Below, one piece after another: positions 50,020-64,000 of a DNA stretch of 64,000 nt. Under the pieces are notes generated by a model. It was not told the origin of the DNA, did not search any database, and worked only from the letters and a program-made list of their open reading frames with translations. Source of the stretch: Chiloscyllium plagiosum. Its lineage: Eukaryota. The stretch spans positions 26,717,498 to 26,781,497 of the forward strand of contig NC_057719.1 in NCBI RefSeq assembly GCF_004010195.1. Direction: 5' to 3'. Positions within the stretch are counted from its first letter, which is position 1. Each line of letters opens with the position of its first letter. Both the position numbers and the translations under genes were made by a program.

Positions 50020-51759
50020 CTATAACAAATAAGAGGAAGTCAAAAGTAGTATAAAACCGTATCAACCCAAATTTATTCAGCTTTATTCAGACATTAATTT
50101 TACCTGTACGCTTGCAAAACATTTTAGAGCACCTAGCCAAGATTTTAATAAGTTACATTCACAGAAGAAATCCAGGTGGCTGGATTCACCTCCTCAATGC
50201 AATGGGCTTAAACGAACATTTGACTGCATAGACATTTTCATAAATCAGTTTAAAAATAAAATACAAGGCATTGTGCAACAGGTAAACAGCTTTTTACAAC
50301 TACTCAGCTTTCAGCACCCATTTAAAGGGCGGCACTCATAACTTACCTTTAATTTTCTCACTCTTCAGAGCATTTACTAAGCACATTCTATGCAGAACAT
50401 TGCACAAAAGATTAATATTCACCACTTAATATCAGTCCATAGATATTTATTCAATTCCACATTCTTTAAAAAGCTAAATGGGTGAGAATTCTACAATGCA
50501 TAATTCTATAAAGTATAGATTGATATTTAATGAGGAAGCCAATCTTCAACTTTTTAGAAGCAGTCTTCCTATAAGCCTTTTACCTGAGATAGTCAATTAA
50601 GAATCAGTCTTAAGATCAACTATAGGTAGCACAGCTATATTACAACAAAACAATAAAAAGAGTAATGCTTTCATATTGATAGTACTCCATCCATCAGCCA
50701 GCTTGGTGACAAACTGCACAATTAGAACAGGATCTTCTACTGCACAATTAAAGTATTTGACAATTTTCCAAGATTATAAAGCTGATGTGGTGCTGTCTCA
50801 ATTTTACACTGCACGCAGTAACTGCATACCCATGCATATAAAAAACTAAAACCGCATCACATGTCAAAAGGTATCTGAATGATCAAATAGAATTTGAAAA
50901 AAAGGGAGTCTGTTAAAAGGAGTACACAAACATTAAGAGAGAGCTTCATATTATTGCCAAGTGGTTATTCATAAAATCAATTTACAAGTCAAAGAACCTG
51001 AATTCTCCCAAATTAAAAGTACGAAAAACTGAACAGTAGACTGTTACTACATCATTCCATTTGACTTCACAGCATGAATCAGTCAATGGTGCAGCACAAT
51101 TTAAAATTGAAGCACCAGAAAGGTACAAAATATTGAATTATAGAGAATGAGCTATTCACTGCCAAAATATCATTAATGATTTTATTAAATCAGGTCTTTT
51201 TTCTTATCAAGAGTCAATGGTTTAACTTGGCATTAATAGAATATTTTTAAACAAAATAGGATACAAATAAGCTATTGACATTGACGGTGGATGTTGGAAA
51301 CAGTGAAGAGGTTACATTTTTTAAACAGTGAATGCAGGGATTGCTGAAGCAACTTTGTTTAATGTCACATTCAAACACAAAATGTTAAAGAGGCAGAAGG
51401 GAGGCCTGAATTTTTCAGAGACTCCCTCAAAAGTGGGAAAAGAGAGGTGGGTGGCTGGTGGCGATGCACAAAGACTTTTTGTGTTTGGCAATTCAAAGTT
51501 TTGAAAGGGTAGACTGTGCCTTCAGAGACTACCAGTCAGCGTGGCTGGTTAAAGAGTGATAAGCCAGTCATAGATGCCACAGAACATTACCCAGGTCCCA
51601 AAGCAAAGAGTGTTAGGGGGCAACCAGGAACTGTGTTCACTTGGCATTGCCCAGGTGGCACATGAACATTCAGTACTGGCACACTGAAGGAGGCTGATAC
51701 TCCACTGGTACCACATGTCCAGAAGAGTAACAAGGCTGCCAAGGATAAGTGAATAGCAC

Positions 51760-51885
51760 CTACGATGAAGAGTTTATGCTCAAAAACATCAACTCTCCTG
51801 CTCCTCAAATGCTGCCTGACCAGCTGTGCTTTTCCAGCACCACACTCTCAACTCTGATCTCCAGCATCTGCAGTCCTCACTTTCA
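51760..51885 (+). mobile_element. Penelope terminal fragment
   Basis: GATGAAGAGTTTATGCTCAAAAAC...GCTGCCTGACCAGCTGTGCTTTTCCAGCAC...CAGCATCTGCAGTCCTCAC. Confidence 0.75.
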
Positions 51886-51999
51886 CTTACCTAGAAGTGA
51901 ATCTCCAGCTGGCAATGCAGGCATGACTCTCAGGCCCCCCAGAGGTGAGGAGATGCTACACCTTCCACTGGGAAGCTAAAACCCTGGGCAATGTGAGAA

Positions 52000-52800
52000 C
52001 ATGGAAGAGAAAGGAGAGACAGGACAGCTACAGAGGCCACATCCTCAATACAGAAACTACCAAAGATGGAGAGAGATGCTTGGAGATGACAGAACTAGTG
52101 CCACAGGGGACTAACTTTCCAGGTAGATGGTCACAGACAGATGACAGTCTCATCGTTGAATGCCTTGCCGCACTGGTCACAAGATTGATAGAGGTCCTCA
52201 AAGTCCTAACGTCTTGACCATCTTTTCTTGCTGCAGATCTTAATATTACTTTTAAAAATCTGCAAAACTCACCAACTTGTCATTGATGGCCATGGGGGAC
52301 AGGATATTCATTTAGAGAGAGATCACAGCAGGGTATACCTCCACCACTCCGTCCAGCTAACTTGTCTGACTGCAGCATTAACTTCCTCCATGTGTGTACT
52401 CTTTCTCCAGAAGACACAGTCATGATGCCTTCACCCTCCACTACTCTACACTGCCTCAGATTACACTGAAAATGCATGAATGGATCCTTGGTGACAAGGG
52501 ACATATTTGTGAGCTAGCTCCTGGCCCACCACGGAAAGCATCAGACATGGCAGAGAGAAGATAACCAGTGACACCTGGTCAACAAGACACCTGGTCAGCA
52601 GGCCACTGGGCTTCTGAAGGTGTAACTCCAGTGCCTGAACCAGTCAGGTAGTGTGTTTCAATGTTCTCTTGCTAGGGTCTCAATTGTTGCGATGATACAC
52701 TGTATTGTCTGAAGAGGCCTCCTACAAAAGGTGTGAAACTGAGGATTGAGGCCTTGAAAAGAGACAGGAGGAGGAGCAGGAAGAGGTGTCGAGAGAGGAG
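52000..52800 (+). mobile_element. Decayed PIF/Harbinger transposase
   Basis: WILGDKG at about 52481, AERR, and QATGLLKV*LQCLNQSGSVFQCSLARVS, matching the Harbinger DDE motifs WLLGDKGY and EQAIGLLKMRFRCLDRSGGALQYSP.RVS. Confidence 0.7.
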
Positions 52801-53374
52801 GCAGAGGAAACGAGTTAGAAAAATGTCTCTGCTGTGTGATGAGATGGATGGGGATGGCCTTCCTCCTGCCAGAATCCATGGGGAGGACCTCTCTCCACTC
52901 TCACACAATCTACAACACTAGATCAAAAGGTCACAATGATCATCTGCAACAAGAGGCAAATCTTTCCATCAATGGCACAGCATTTACCTTACTCTGTGCA
53001 GTCCTCGCATATGTACCCCCCCCTCAACATTCTGGAATATTTCCATCACTGAATTCCGCACTAACAACAAGCTGGGCATTTGCATCAATCACAAACTCAA
53101 CTGTATTACCATGTAAATACATTGTAGTTACAACAGTAGGCAAGAAATCTCAGTGAATAACTGACCCCCAAAGCCTTTCTACCATCTACAAGGCACTAAT
53201 TAGGGATACTCCCCACTTGGGTGGATGGGTGCAGCTCCAATAACACCCAAGAAGCTTGACACGATCCAAGACAAAGCACAATTGGCAACAAATCTACATG
53301 CAAATCACTCCCTCCACCATCGATATACACTAGTACACACTGCTGATTCACAAATCAAACTGCTCCCATTTTCT

Positions 53375-55420
53375 CAGCCTGCTCCTGCCCCACCGACCTA
53401 ATCTCTTCCTACCTTGACACCGTCCTGTCCCCCCAGGAACTCCCCACCTATGTTCGGGACACCACCCACTCCCTTCACCTCCTGCAAGACTTTCATTTTC
53501 CCGGCCCCCAATGCCTCATCTTCATCATGGACATCCAGTCTCTGTACACATCGATCCGCCATGAGGAGGGTCACCAAGCCCTCGGTTTCCATTTCTTCCT
53601 CTCACGCTGTCCCAACCAGTACCCTTTCACTGACACCCTCATCCGCCTGGCTGAACTGGTCCTCATCTTCAACAACTTCTCCTTCCAATCCTCCCACTTC
53701 CTCCAAATGAAAGGGGTAGCCATGGGAACCCACATGGGACCCAGCTATGTCTGCCTGTTTGTCGGGTACATGGAACAGTCCATCTTCTGCAGTTACACCG
53801 GCGCCAACCCCCACCCTGTTCCTCCACTGCATCGATGACTGTATCGGCGCCACCTCATGCTCCCATGAGGAGGTTGAACAGTCCAACTTTACAAACACCT
53901 TCCACCCCGACCTCAAATTCACCTGGACCATATTGGAAACCTCCCTCCCCTTCCTGGATCTTTCCAACACCATCTCTGGCAACCAGCCTACCACAGACAT
54001 ACACTACAAGCCCACTGACCTCCACAGCTACCTAGACTGCACCTCCTCCCACCCTACCTCCTGTAAAAACACCATCCCTTATTCCCAATTCCTCTGCACC
54101 CACCACATCTGCTCCCAGGATGACCAATTCCACCTCAGAAAGTCCCTGATGGCCTCCTTCTTCCACGATCTCAACTTCCCTTCCAACATGGTTGACGATG
54201 CCCTCCAGCGCATCTCCTCCACTTCACACACCACCGACCTTGAACCTCACCCCTCCCAAAGCAATAAGGACAGAAACCCCCGTCCTCACCTTCCACCCCA
54301 CCAACCTCTACATACAACGCATCATCCTCCATCACTTTCGTCACCTCGAAACAGAACCCACTACGGGAGATATATTTCCCTCCCCACCTCCATCAGCGTT
54401 CCGAAAAGACCATTCTCTCCGCGACTCCCTCATCAGGTCCACACCTGGCACCTTTGCCTGCCACTGCAGGAAGTTCAAAGCCTGTACCCACACCACACCC
54501 CTCACCTCCGTCCAAGGCCCCAAGGGATTCTTCCACATCCATCACAAGTTTACCTGTAGCTCTACCAATGTCATCTACTGCATCAGTTGCACCCAGCGTG
54601 GTCTCCTCTACATCAGGAAGTCAGGACGCCTTCTTCCGGATCATTTCAGATAATATCTCTGGGACCTGCGCCCACCTCCCCCACCGTCCCATGGCTGAAC
54701 ACTTCAACTCCCCTTCCCATTCCATTAAGGACATGCAAGTCCTGGGTTTCCTCCATTGTCAAACCCTTATTACCTGGACCCTGGAGGAGGAACACCTCAT
54801 ATTCCACCTTGGGACCCTGGGATAAATGTGGATTTCAATACCTTCCACATTTCCCCTCCCCTCACATTATCCCAGTCCCAAGCCTCCAACTCGGCACAGC
54901 CCTCCGGTCCGGTCCATCACTCCCCCCTGACCTACTACCTTCTCTGCCACCTTCATCTACCTATCGCTTTCCCAGCTACCTCACCCCCCCCCCCCCCCCC
55001 CCCCACCCCCNNNNNNNNNNNNNNNNNNNNNNNNNNNNNNNNNNNNNNNNNNNNNNNNNNNNNNNNNNNNNNNNNNNNNNNNNNNNNNNNNNNNNNNNNN
55101 NNNNNNNNNNNNNNNNNNNNNNNNNNNNNNNNNNNNNNNNNNNNNNNNNNNNNNNNNNNNNNNNNNNNNNNNNNNNNNNNNNNNNNNNNNNNNNNNNNNN
55201 NNNNNNNNNNNNNNNNNNNNNNNNNNNNNNNNNNNNNNNNNNNNNNNNNNNNNNNNNNNNNNNNNNNNNNNNNNNNNNNNNNNNNNNNNNNNNNNNNNNN
55301 NNNNNNNNNNCCACCCCCAACCCCCATTTATCTCTCAGCCCTGGCCCACAAGCCTCATCTATGATGAAGGGCTGATGTCTGAAATGTTGATTCTTCTGCT
55401 CCTCAGATGCTGCCTGACTC
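53375..55420 (+). mobile_element. Penelope-like element (RT, GIY-YIG and terminal repeat), frameshifted, spanning a gap
   Basis: MDIQSLYTSIRH...KGVAMGTHMGPSY, CIDDCIG, DIHYKPTDLHSYLD, FTCSSTNVIYCISCTQRGLLYI, and a terminal ATGATGAAGGGCTGATGTCTGAAA. Confidence 0.93.
55011..55310. other. Assembly gap (300 N) after a poly-C run
   Basis: Run of N. Confidence 1.
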
Positions 55421-56124
55421 GCAGTGACCACTTCCATCTAGAAGGACAAGGACAGCAGTTATGTGGTAGCACCATCACCTACAAACTTATTTCCAAGTCA
55501 AGATGCCACCGTTCCTTTGGCATCACTGGGTCAAAATCTATGTACTGCCACCCTAACAGTGTTGTGAGTGTACAAATACCAGATGGATTGTAGCAGCTCA
55601 CTAACATCTTTTCAGAGGCAATTAGCAATGAATAGTAAGTAATCCAGCCAGTGATGCTCATGTCCGATGGATGCAAAAATGAGAAGAACATCTTTGCTCT
55701 GGATATTAGAACTGCAGCTCCCTTGTAAAATCTTACATGCTTCTGGGGAAGATCGTAGCTTTGGCAGAACCCACAGATGCCTGCTTGAGGAACAGAAGCA
55801 GGTTCACAATGGATGTCTTCCGAGTCTGAGTGAATCCTACTAAGGACCACAAAGCCAATTGTGGAATGGTTAGACCACAGATGGAGGCTAGTCATTCTGT
55901 GCTCATGTTGGCTCTCTGCAAGAACGATTCACCTACTGTCACTCATCCTGCATTGCAGATAGCCCTGCAAATCTTTTCTTTGAGATCATGGTCCAATTTC
56001 CTTTTTGAAAGTCATGATTGAATCTGCCTCCACCACACACTGGCAGTGCAGTGCAGATTCGAATCTCACACACACACCAAAAGATTTTCTCATATCATAA
56101 TTGTTTCTTTTGCCATAAACCTAT

Positions 56125-56530
56125 AATGGATGTAGATTTGCTCGCTGAGCTGGAAGGTTCCTTTTCAGACATCACCATACTAGGCGACATCATCATGAGC
56201 CGCTAGATGAAGCGCTGGTGATATGACTCGCTTTCTATTTAAGGGTTTATGTTTCCTTGGATTGGTGATGTTGTTTTTCTCAGGGGGCGGTAAATGAGAT
56301 CCAAGTGAATGTGTTTGTTGATAGAGTTCTGATTGGAATGCCATGCTTCTAGGAATTCTCGTGCATGTCTTTGTTTGGCTTGTCCTAGGATGGATGTGTT
56401 GTCCCAGTCGAAGTGGTGTCCTTCCTCATCCGTATATAGGGATACTAGTGAGAAAGGGTCATGTCTTTTTGTGGCTAATTGATGTTCATGTATTCTGGTG
56501 GCTAATTTTCTGCCTTTGTCCAATGTAGTG
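56125..56530 (-). mobile_element. Second Penelope family, GIY-YIG tail
   Basis: RKLATRIHEHQLATKRHDPFSLVS.....GHHFDWDNTSILGQAKQRHAREFLEAWHS. Confidence 0.85.
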
Positions 56531-56554
56531 TTTTGGAACCAAATCTGCTGAGAA

Positions 56555-57320
56555 TTTCCAGCAATTGCTGATATTAACTTAAATCTGTGCCCCCAGATTC
56601 TCAATGAAAAAGTAACTCTATTTACCTTGACTTGTCCAATCATATTGTGAGCACCTCTTCCAAATCTCCTCTCAACTTTCTCTTCTGCAAAGAGTAAACT
56701 GTCCCAACTTCTCGAATCTATTGAAATTATTGAAGCTACACATCCTGTAACGTGTCTTATGAACTTTTTCTGAACACACTCTAATGCCTTCACATTGCTT
56801 CTTGAGCTGCTCACAATACTCCATGACACACACCAGTGTCTAACACAGGTTCAACATACTTTAAAACTCTACACTCCTAGTTATGAAATCCATGATGCTA
56901 AATGCTTTATTACTTATTGAAGGTTGAAAGGATGATGTGTCCATATAGTCCCAGGCCTCTCTATTCCTACAGCCCCTTTAGAAGTGTAGCCATTATTTTG
57001 TACTGTTGCTCCTTCCTTCTCCTAGTAAAATTATGTTACACTTGATGTAATAGCAGAAGTAGGCCATTTCTGAACTTGTGCCCTGTACAGCGTCTAGGTC
57101 ATTTATATGGATCAGGGAGAACAGGGTCCCAAACAGTCATTGGGAATGCCACTACAATCTTCGACTACTACAATTTCCTGTCACACACTCGGTCAACTTC
57201 TTATCCATATGTCTAAATTTGCTTCCAACTCTTGTTATGTAGAAGATCATGTTTACCAAATTAACAGGCTTACTCATCAACCCTCACTTCAAAAAAGCTC
57301 CAGCAAGTTAGTTGAACATG
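56555..57320 (-). mobile_element. Old CR1 fragments
   Basis: NVKALECVQKKFIR and LRIWGHRFKL motifs. Confidence 0.65.
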
Positions 57321-58699
57321 AATAAATTGTTGTTGGTTTGATTTAAATAAATTACCTTTTCTCAAATGTCTATTAAGCTGTCCTGAACCAATATCTGTCA
57401 GAGTACGTCGGTTGGTAACTATATGTCGAGAAAGATCTGATGCACTGACTTTGTGCTAATTGCTTGGGAAGTTTAATTGATAGCCCTCTTGTTCAGAAAT
57501 TACAGGTTGTGATGGGCCCAGCACATACTTGGTGCCCACAGTTTAGAAATGAAAAAGGATATGATGTTGTGGTTTACGAGCAATTCAAGAGTTAGTAGAT
57601 CCTCTGACCATAATGATTCACTTCTCCTTGGTTAAGAGCGTGGTAAACACAGAATTGGATAATTGCAAACATAGCAAATATTTTATTAACTAGCACCTAG
57701 GGGAAGCAGAGTGATCAATTATTTCGGATAATCAAGAGGCACGCATAACTGCAGTAAACCTTGATGAAGCAAAGCTTCCGGACATAAATATCTCTCAAAA
57801 CTCTATGTAAAAACATCAACATATCTCTTAAAATCAATGTAAAAACACACTAAGTAATATAAACATAATGCCCATATCACATACTTTATTTACAGCAAAA
57901 TACTGACATTGCAGTATTTGAAACAGAAAATGTTGTCAGTTTATCAAGATTAGTTGAATAAGATGCCAGTTAAAACAAAGTTTGCTGATCCCACCCTGCT
58001 CCAAAAAGGAAGAAGCATTCTGGTAAATATTGGCCAAATTAATCTACATCTGCAGTAGAAAATCTACAAGAGACCACTGTCAAAGTTTAAACAAATTCGT
58101 AATTGTAGACTTGGAAGTTAATAATAGACACTCAGTATGAACTTGTTGAAGGCAGATCATATCTGATAAACCTGATTAACTTATTTTGAAGTAACAAAAG
58201 AGGTTAATAAAGGTAATAGAGTGTATGTATTACAGGGGACATGGTGATCTTGTAGTAACGCCACTGGATTAGTAATCCACAGATCCAAGCCCAGACTCTG
58301 GAGGCATTCATATGAATCACATGGCAGCTGGTATAAATAATTATTCAATGAATAAATCAGGAATTAATCCCCCACCTTTGGTGTTATTGCACTGCCTTGA
58401 TGGACTTGGAATGCAAATTGATTATTAATTTGAATCTTGGGTGATTTTGTGGTGTCAGACCATAAGATATTGGAGCAGAATTAGACCATTTGACCAATCG
58501 AGTCTACTCCACCATTCAATTATGGCTGATACATTTCTCAACCCCATACTTCTGCCTTGTCCCTATAATCCTTGATCCCCTTATCAATCAAGAAGTTATC
58601 TTCACTAGTCACCACCAAATATTCTTTTAAAAAAAAACCTTTATCCCTACATTTTTCTGCCTTTTTTGATAGCCAGCCAATATTTTACAGTATTTTGCC

Positions 58700-59120
58700 T
58701 ATGACACCATGGCTCTTATCTTATTTACCAGCCTCCTATGCGGTACTTTGGTAAAGGCCTTCTGTAAATCCAAAGAGATCATGTACACTGGCTCTCCTTT
58801 GCTAACTTGCTCAATTCCTCCTCAAAGAATTCTAAAAGATTTGTCAGGCATGACTTTCCCTTGACACAGGCAGGACAATTCAACTTTATTTTACCATGCA
58901 TTTCCGCATTATCTGCACACTCACATTTAATAATGGACTCTAAAATCTCACCAACAACCGAGGTCAGGCTCATTGATATATAATTGCCTGTTTTCTGCCT
59001 CCATCCCTTTTTAAACTGGTGTGTTACATTAGCCATTTCCCAGTCCTTGAGGACACTCCCAGCCTCCAGTGAATGCTGAAAGATCACCACCAATACCTCC
59101 ACAACTTTCTCAACCTGTAC
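58700..59120 (-). mobile_element. CR1 RT fragment
   Basis: DWEMANVT..FKKG.RQKTGNY..MSLTSVVG.ILESII...KGKSCLTNLLEFFE. Confidence 0.88.
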
Positions 59121-59410
59121 TTGAGTACAAGGGACAATAAAATCTGAGAAACATAAGAAACTTTGGGAGGACAATTACTCAAAGAGAACTAATTTGCAGA
59201 TTTATCAAGAAATGCATGGTTGTAGCAATAAATTGGATAAACCTTTCCAAACAGCAGGCACAGCCATGCCGTCACACTAAGATTCTACACGACTATAATT
59301 TTAATTTGCATTTATAAGTAAAACTGAAATCCAAAAATAGTGTTTTACATCACTAAACAACGAAAAATTAAGCCAGGTCAATCTTGAAAGCAAGTTACCC
59401 AATTTGATCT

Positions 59411-59910
59411 NNNNNNNNNNNNNNNNNNNNNNNNNNNNNNNNNNNNNNNNNNNNNNNNNNNNNNNNNNNNNNNNNNNNNNNNNNNNNNNNNNNNNNNNNN
59501 NNNNNNNNNNNNNNNNNNNNNNNNNNNNNNNNNNNNNNNNNNNNNNNNNNNNNNNNNNNNNNNNNNNNNNNNNNNNNNNNNNNNNNNNNNNNNNNNNNNN
59601 NNNNNNNNNNNNNNNNNNNNNNNNNNNNNNNNNNNNNNNNNNNNNNNNNNNNNNNNNNNNNNNNNNNNNNNNNNNNNNNNNNNNNNNNNNNNNNNNNNNN
59701 NNNNNNNNNNNNNNNNNNNNNNNNNNNNNNNNNNNNNNNNNNNNNNNNNNNNNNNNNNNNNNNNNNNNNNNNNNNNNNNNNNNNNNNNNNNNNNNNNNNN
59801 NNNNNNNNNNNNNNNNNNNNNNNNNNNNNNNNNNNNNNNNNNNNNNNNNNNNNNNNNNNNNNNNNNNNNNNNNNNNNNNNNNNNNNNNNNNNNNNNNNNN
59901 NNNNNNNNNN
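59411..59910. other. Assembly gap (500 N)
   Basis: Run of N. Confidence 1.
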
Positions 59911-61259
59911 ATGTCCCAAACTTTGGCTGACCTAATCAAACAAATAGTTTATCCCTTCAGCTATCTACAACAGGCAAGGTATCGACCATATCCAAACAGC
60001 CTGTACTTACAAAGCTCTAAACATTAGAGATGATTCCACAATTGGACAACACTGTGCTAAGCGTTATGCTGACAACCAATTCAGGATTGACAGTCAGGCA
60101 CATGTTTTGCACACAGGGCCTTGTACACACATGGCATTTGTTTCAACTGAACAAAATAAGTAACGGCCATTCTCTGGTTCATTCCAGGGGGCAAATGCTT
60201 GGACAAATCAGTGTCAGCCTGGTCTAAATTTAAGCAAAGCTCCACAGTATCAACTGATTTGCCCTTTCTCCAATGACAACACCTTCACCATAGTCCACTC
60301 AATAAATGACCAGCATGCTCTTCTCATGTGGTGTAAAAACATTCCCCTTTCTTGTGAAATGCTATGAGAGCAAGCTGAAAGCGTTTGACAAAGTGTCTGC
60401 TTTTCAAACAACATAAGTTCTGAATGACCAAATGATTAATATGAGGATATGTCTGGTGACCGTGATGAATACACTCATCATGGTATTGATCCCAATGGTC
60501 TGGCACTATTACCTTAGAGAATTGAAGTGGTGAATGGAAATTATCCCAGCCCCAGCATGTCCCCACCCCCACCCCGCGGTGATAGGGCCACTGCATAAAA
60601 TTCTACCATCGAGAGGGGCTGGCTGGTCAGCCATTAAAAGCATCATGAATTACTCTGGTGCTGCCTGTCTCAGGTTTCAGACAATGAAGCTGTCAGACAA
60701 ACAATCTAATCTTACATCAACAGTAGTGCCTGACTGACCCTGCCAAGAGAAGTCAACTATCACAATGCAGCATCCAAAACTGAGGATGAATGACAGTAAC
60801 TTTACAAACAGCATACTCATGTTAGCAAGAATAAGTCTGAGATACAAAGATATGAAGGATTGTAATGGGCAGTCAGAATTAACTATTCTCTCCTGAATTC
60901 TAGAAAGTACAAGGAAGTTGCGCTGAAAAGGCCCAACCAGAAATTGAAGCTGATTTTGGACTTTTTAAACTACTTGTATATTAGTAGTGTTTTACTTTGG
61001 ATATTAGCACCCAGCTCCAGCTAATTACACTAAACTATATATCTGGTCTTCTCAGACACATAGAAAATTATAGACAGGTTGAAAACTGGGACTTAAAATG
61101 CTAGCTAATGCGTGCCACTTTCCCAGAATTCAACTGAAAAAGTCACTATTTCACAGACAGCTGTTGAGTAGGAAGACTGCATCTGCCGTTAAAAAAAAGC
61201 AAAAAAAAAACTGAACTAACATTTGTATGCTGCAGCAGTAAGCAAAATACACAAGATAA

Positions 61260-62600
61260 ACCAGTGAGCCTTACGTCTGTTGTAGGAAAGGTTTTGGAAG
61301 GGATTAAAAGAGATAAGATTTATAATCATCTAGCAAACAACAATTTGATTTTAGATAGTCAACATGGTTTCGTCAAGGGCAGGTCGTGTCTCAGAAACCT
61401 CATTGAACTTTTTGAGAAGGTGACCAAGCATGTAGATGAGGGTAGGGTAGTTGACGTGTTATACATGGTTTTCAGTAAAGCCTTTGCTAAGGTTCCACAT
61501 GGCAGGCCGTTGGAAAAAATGCAGAGGCACGGAATTGAGGGTGATTTGGTAGTTTGGATTAGAAACTGGCTTCCTGAAAGAAGGCAGTGAGTAGTGGTTG
61601 ATGGAAAATATTCAGCCTGGAGTCTGGTTACTAATGATGTGCCACAAGGATCTGTTTTGGGACCACTATTTGTCATTTTTATAAATGACTTAGACGCAGG
61701 CATAGGTGATGGGTTAGTAAATTTGCAGATGACTCTAAAGTCGGTGGAGTAATGGACAGTGTGGAAGAATGTTACAGGTTTCAGGGGGACTTGGATAAAC
61801 TGCAGAATTGGGCTGAGAGGTGGCAAATGGAGTTCAATGCAGCTAAATATGAGGTGATGCACTTTGGGAAGAATAACAGGAAGGCAGAGTACTGGGTCAA
61901 TGAAAAGATTCTTAGTAGAGTGGATGTGCAGAGGGATCTTGGAGTCCATGTATATAGATCCTTGAAAGTTGCCACCCAGGTGGATAGTACTGTTAAGAAG
62001 GCATACAGTGTGTTAGGTTTCATTGGTAGAGGATTGAGTTCCGGAACAGCAATATCATGCTGCAACTATACAAAACGCTGGTGCGGCCACACTTGGAATA
62101 TTGTGTACAGTTCTGGTCCCCATATTTCGGGAAGGATGTGGAAGCATTGAAGAGGAGATTTACCAGGATGTTGCCCGGTCTGGAGGGAAGGTCTTATGAG
62201 GAAAGGCTGAGAGACTTGAACCTGTTCTCATTGGAAAGAAGGCAGCTAAGAGGGGATTTGATAGAGACACACAAGATGATCGGAGGATTAGATAGGATAG
62301 ACAGTGAAAGTCTTTTTCCTAGGATGATGACGTCAGCTTGTATGAGGGGGCATAACTACAAATTGCAGGGTGATAGATTTAAGACAGACGTCAGAGGCAG
62401 TTTCTTTACACAGAGAGTGGTAAGGGCCCTACCTGCTCGTGTAGTCAACTCAGCCACATTAGGGAGATTTAAACAATCCTTGGGTAAGCACATGGATGAT
62501 TTTGCGATAGTGTAGGGGGACAAGCTAAGAATAGTTCACAGGTCGGTGCAACATTGAGGGCCGAAGGGCCTGTTCTGCACTGTATTGTTCTATGTTCTAA
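61260..62600 (+). mobile_element. CR1 LINE, 1.3-kb 3' portion with RT
   Basis: SLTSVVGKVLE...[46 protein letters not shown], and a tail TGTTCTATGTTCTA. Confidence 0.95.
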
Positions 62601-63226
62601 ATTCCTGAACACTAAAGCGTAATGCCTAAAGGAATTAAGGTAAAGGCGACAGTAAATTTACAAGAGTAGGCCTATTCTTCAATCCTGCTCCCTCAGCCCA
62701 TCATTGGCTACAGTGTCTTGGGCTTCAAGGTTTAAAATCTCCTTTGTAGAAGTAGCACCTCTTCTTACAAAACACAAACACACTCACAGAAGAGAAAAAC
62801 AAGTTAAAGAAATCAGGTATTGCAGTAGACACACACTAAGTATTCTTCCACAACACAAAGTGACTAAAAGTCAACTTCATTTGCAAAGACATGTAGGAAA
62901 TCAAGTTGTCAGAGAAGCCAAAAATATTAAGTAATAAAAAAAAGCTACTTGGACACAAATATAAAAAGGCCTATAGCTTGCAGCTTTGTTTCCACTCACT
63001 TGCACACTTTCCAATAGCCCAGGGTTTCCTGTACACTTGCAGTTAACTCAGAGTGACACATAAATACAAGTCACTGATTTATTAATTCACATATGAAGTG
63101 TGGAATACCTGGTAGGAGCCACAAAGATAAAAAGGTCAGATTTTTGTATTATCATCAAGCCTCCATAGACCTTTAGAAATATCATGTGGAACCCATTTCT
63201 TGTCAGCTTCCATTTTTAGAGAGATA

Positions 63227-63351
63227 CAAAGGAACCTCAATTATCGGGCATTTGATTATCCGAATATCAGATTATCCGGCAAGATCCAGCATTCAAGTAA
63301 CCAACCGAAATAATGCTCACCAGTGTCCTTCAGATAATCGAGGTTCCTCTG
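63227..63351. mobile_element. Tc1/mariner-pogo (Tigger-like) MITE
   Basis: TA|CAAAGGAACCTCAATTATC ... GATAATCGAGGTTCCTCTG|TA: 19-bp TIRs with 2 mismatches and a TA target duplication. Confidence 0.85.
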
Positions 63352-64000
63352 TATTCTGGAAAATAATTCACACAACTCAAACTCTGCAAAGCCACAAAAA
63401 CACAGTGCTGAGTTCAAACGGTCCCCAGTTTGGCTGCTGCAAGGACTTAACCTAAAATGCTGCAGCCACAAATTGATGAAAGAGCCATGTGCTCTTGAAG
63501 GATGGATACAATCTGTACAACTATTATGACGTGATATTTTTAAGACAAACTGCAGCTGTCATTGGAAGTTTAAAAAAAAAAATCGCCTCTGCAATGTAGT
63601 GCAGGATAACAAAGAACACTAGCATCTGGTTTTGCAGTTTGAGTTCTTTGTTGACATTCCCCCTGAGGCTGATAATACATTATTATGAATGCTTGACAGT
63701 TTCCAATGTTATAATCTCAGTAGGCAGGGACTGAGCTTGTAGTTTGATTGACAATTAAGGCAACTATTTAAAAGTTTGGGTAGAAATTTAAAAAAAAAAT
63801 AAACTAATCGAGATTTGCCTATTTTGGGTACTGGAGGATTAGCTGTGAAGAAGGAGGGGCATCTGGGATTGGTTGGTAGGTATAGGGTGACATTGGCGAG
63901 GAGTGTTTTGGGGCCATGGTGGTTTTAAGGCTGTGAGGACTGCAAGGCTGACCAAATTCTAAAAACATTATGGAGTCCTAGAGAAGCCTCTAGCCAGCAC

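Noticed and set aside
52733..52921. Arg-rich protamine-like ORF
   Set aside because: Alternative frame of a purine-rich tract at the end of the Harbinger relic; no splice or promoter support.
54587..55437. Long ORFs containing X runs (also 59301-60027)
   Set aside because: Artefacts of translating across assembly gaps.
50020..64000. RHOJ upstream exons (P-loop and ...LYDTAGQ)
   Set aside because: No matching sequence found by eye. They probably lie beyond the window or in one of the N gaps.
1..64000. CRISPR arrays, operons or other prokaryotic systems
   Set aside because: Clearly a spliced vertebrate locus with no repeat-spacer arrays.

Overview
Vertebrate genomic DNA, most likely from a shark or other elasmobranch: it carries HE1/V-SINE and Deu-domain SINEs, abundant CR1 LINEs and Penelope-like elements. 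Two genes face each other tail-to-tail, as at human 14q23. On the + strand is a complete GPHB5 (thyrostimulin beta subunit), inferred as three coding exons (10885-10898, 18345-18549, 24834-25022; 135 aa). On the - strand are the last three coding exons of RHOJ (50019-49855, 49470-49375, 46485-46339). The rest is intronic or intergenic and holds decayed CR1, Penelope, Gypsy, Harbinger, Rex/Babar, Tx1-like, SINE and MITE copies plus two assembly gaps. Most notable: (1) the codon where other vertebrates start GPHB5 is CTG, and an in-frame ATG appears to come from an exon 7.4 kb upstream; (2) a diverged duplicate of the exon-2 acceptor and signal-peptide region lies in intron 2 and also has CTG; (3) RHOJ switch II reads LRPFSY instead of the near-invariant LRPLSY; (4) Penelope termini contain minimal hammerhead ribozyme cores; (5) about 9 kb downstream of RHOJ lacks young retroelements. 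I found no wholly new biological system. Family assignments come from recalled motifs, not database searches.
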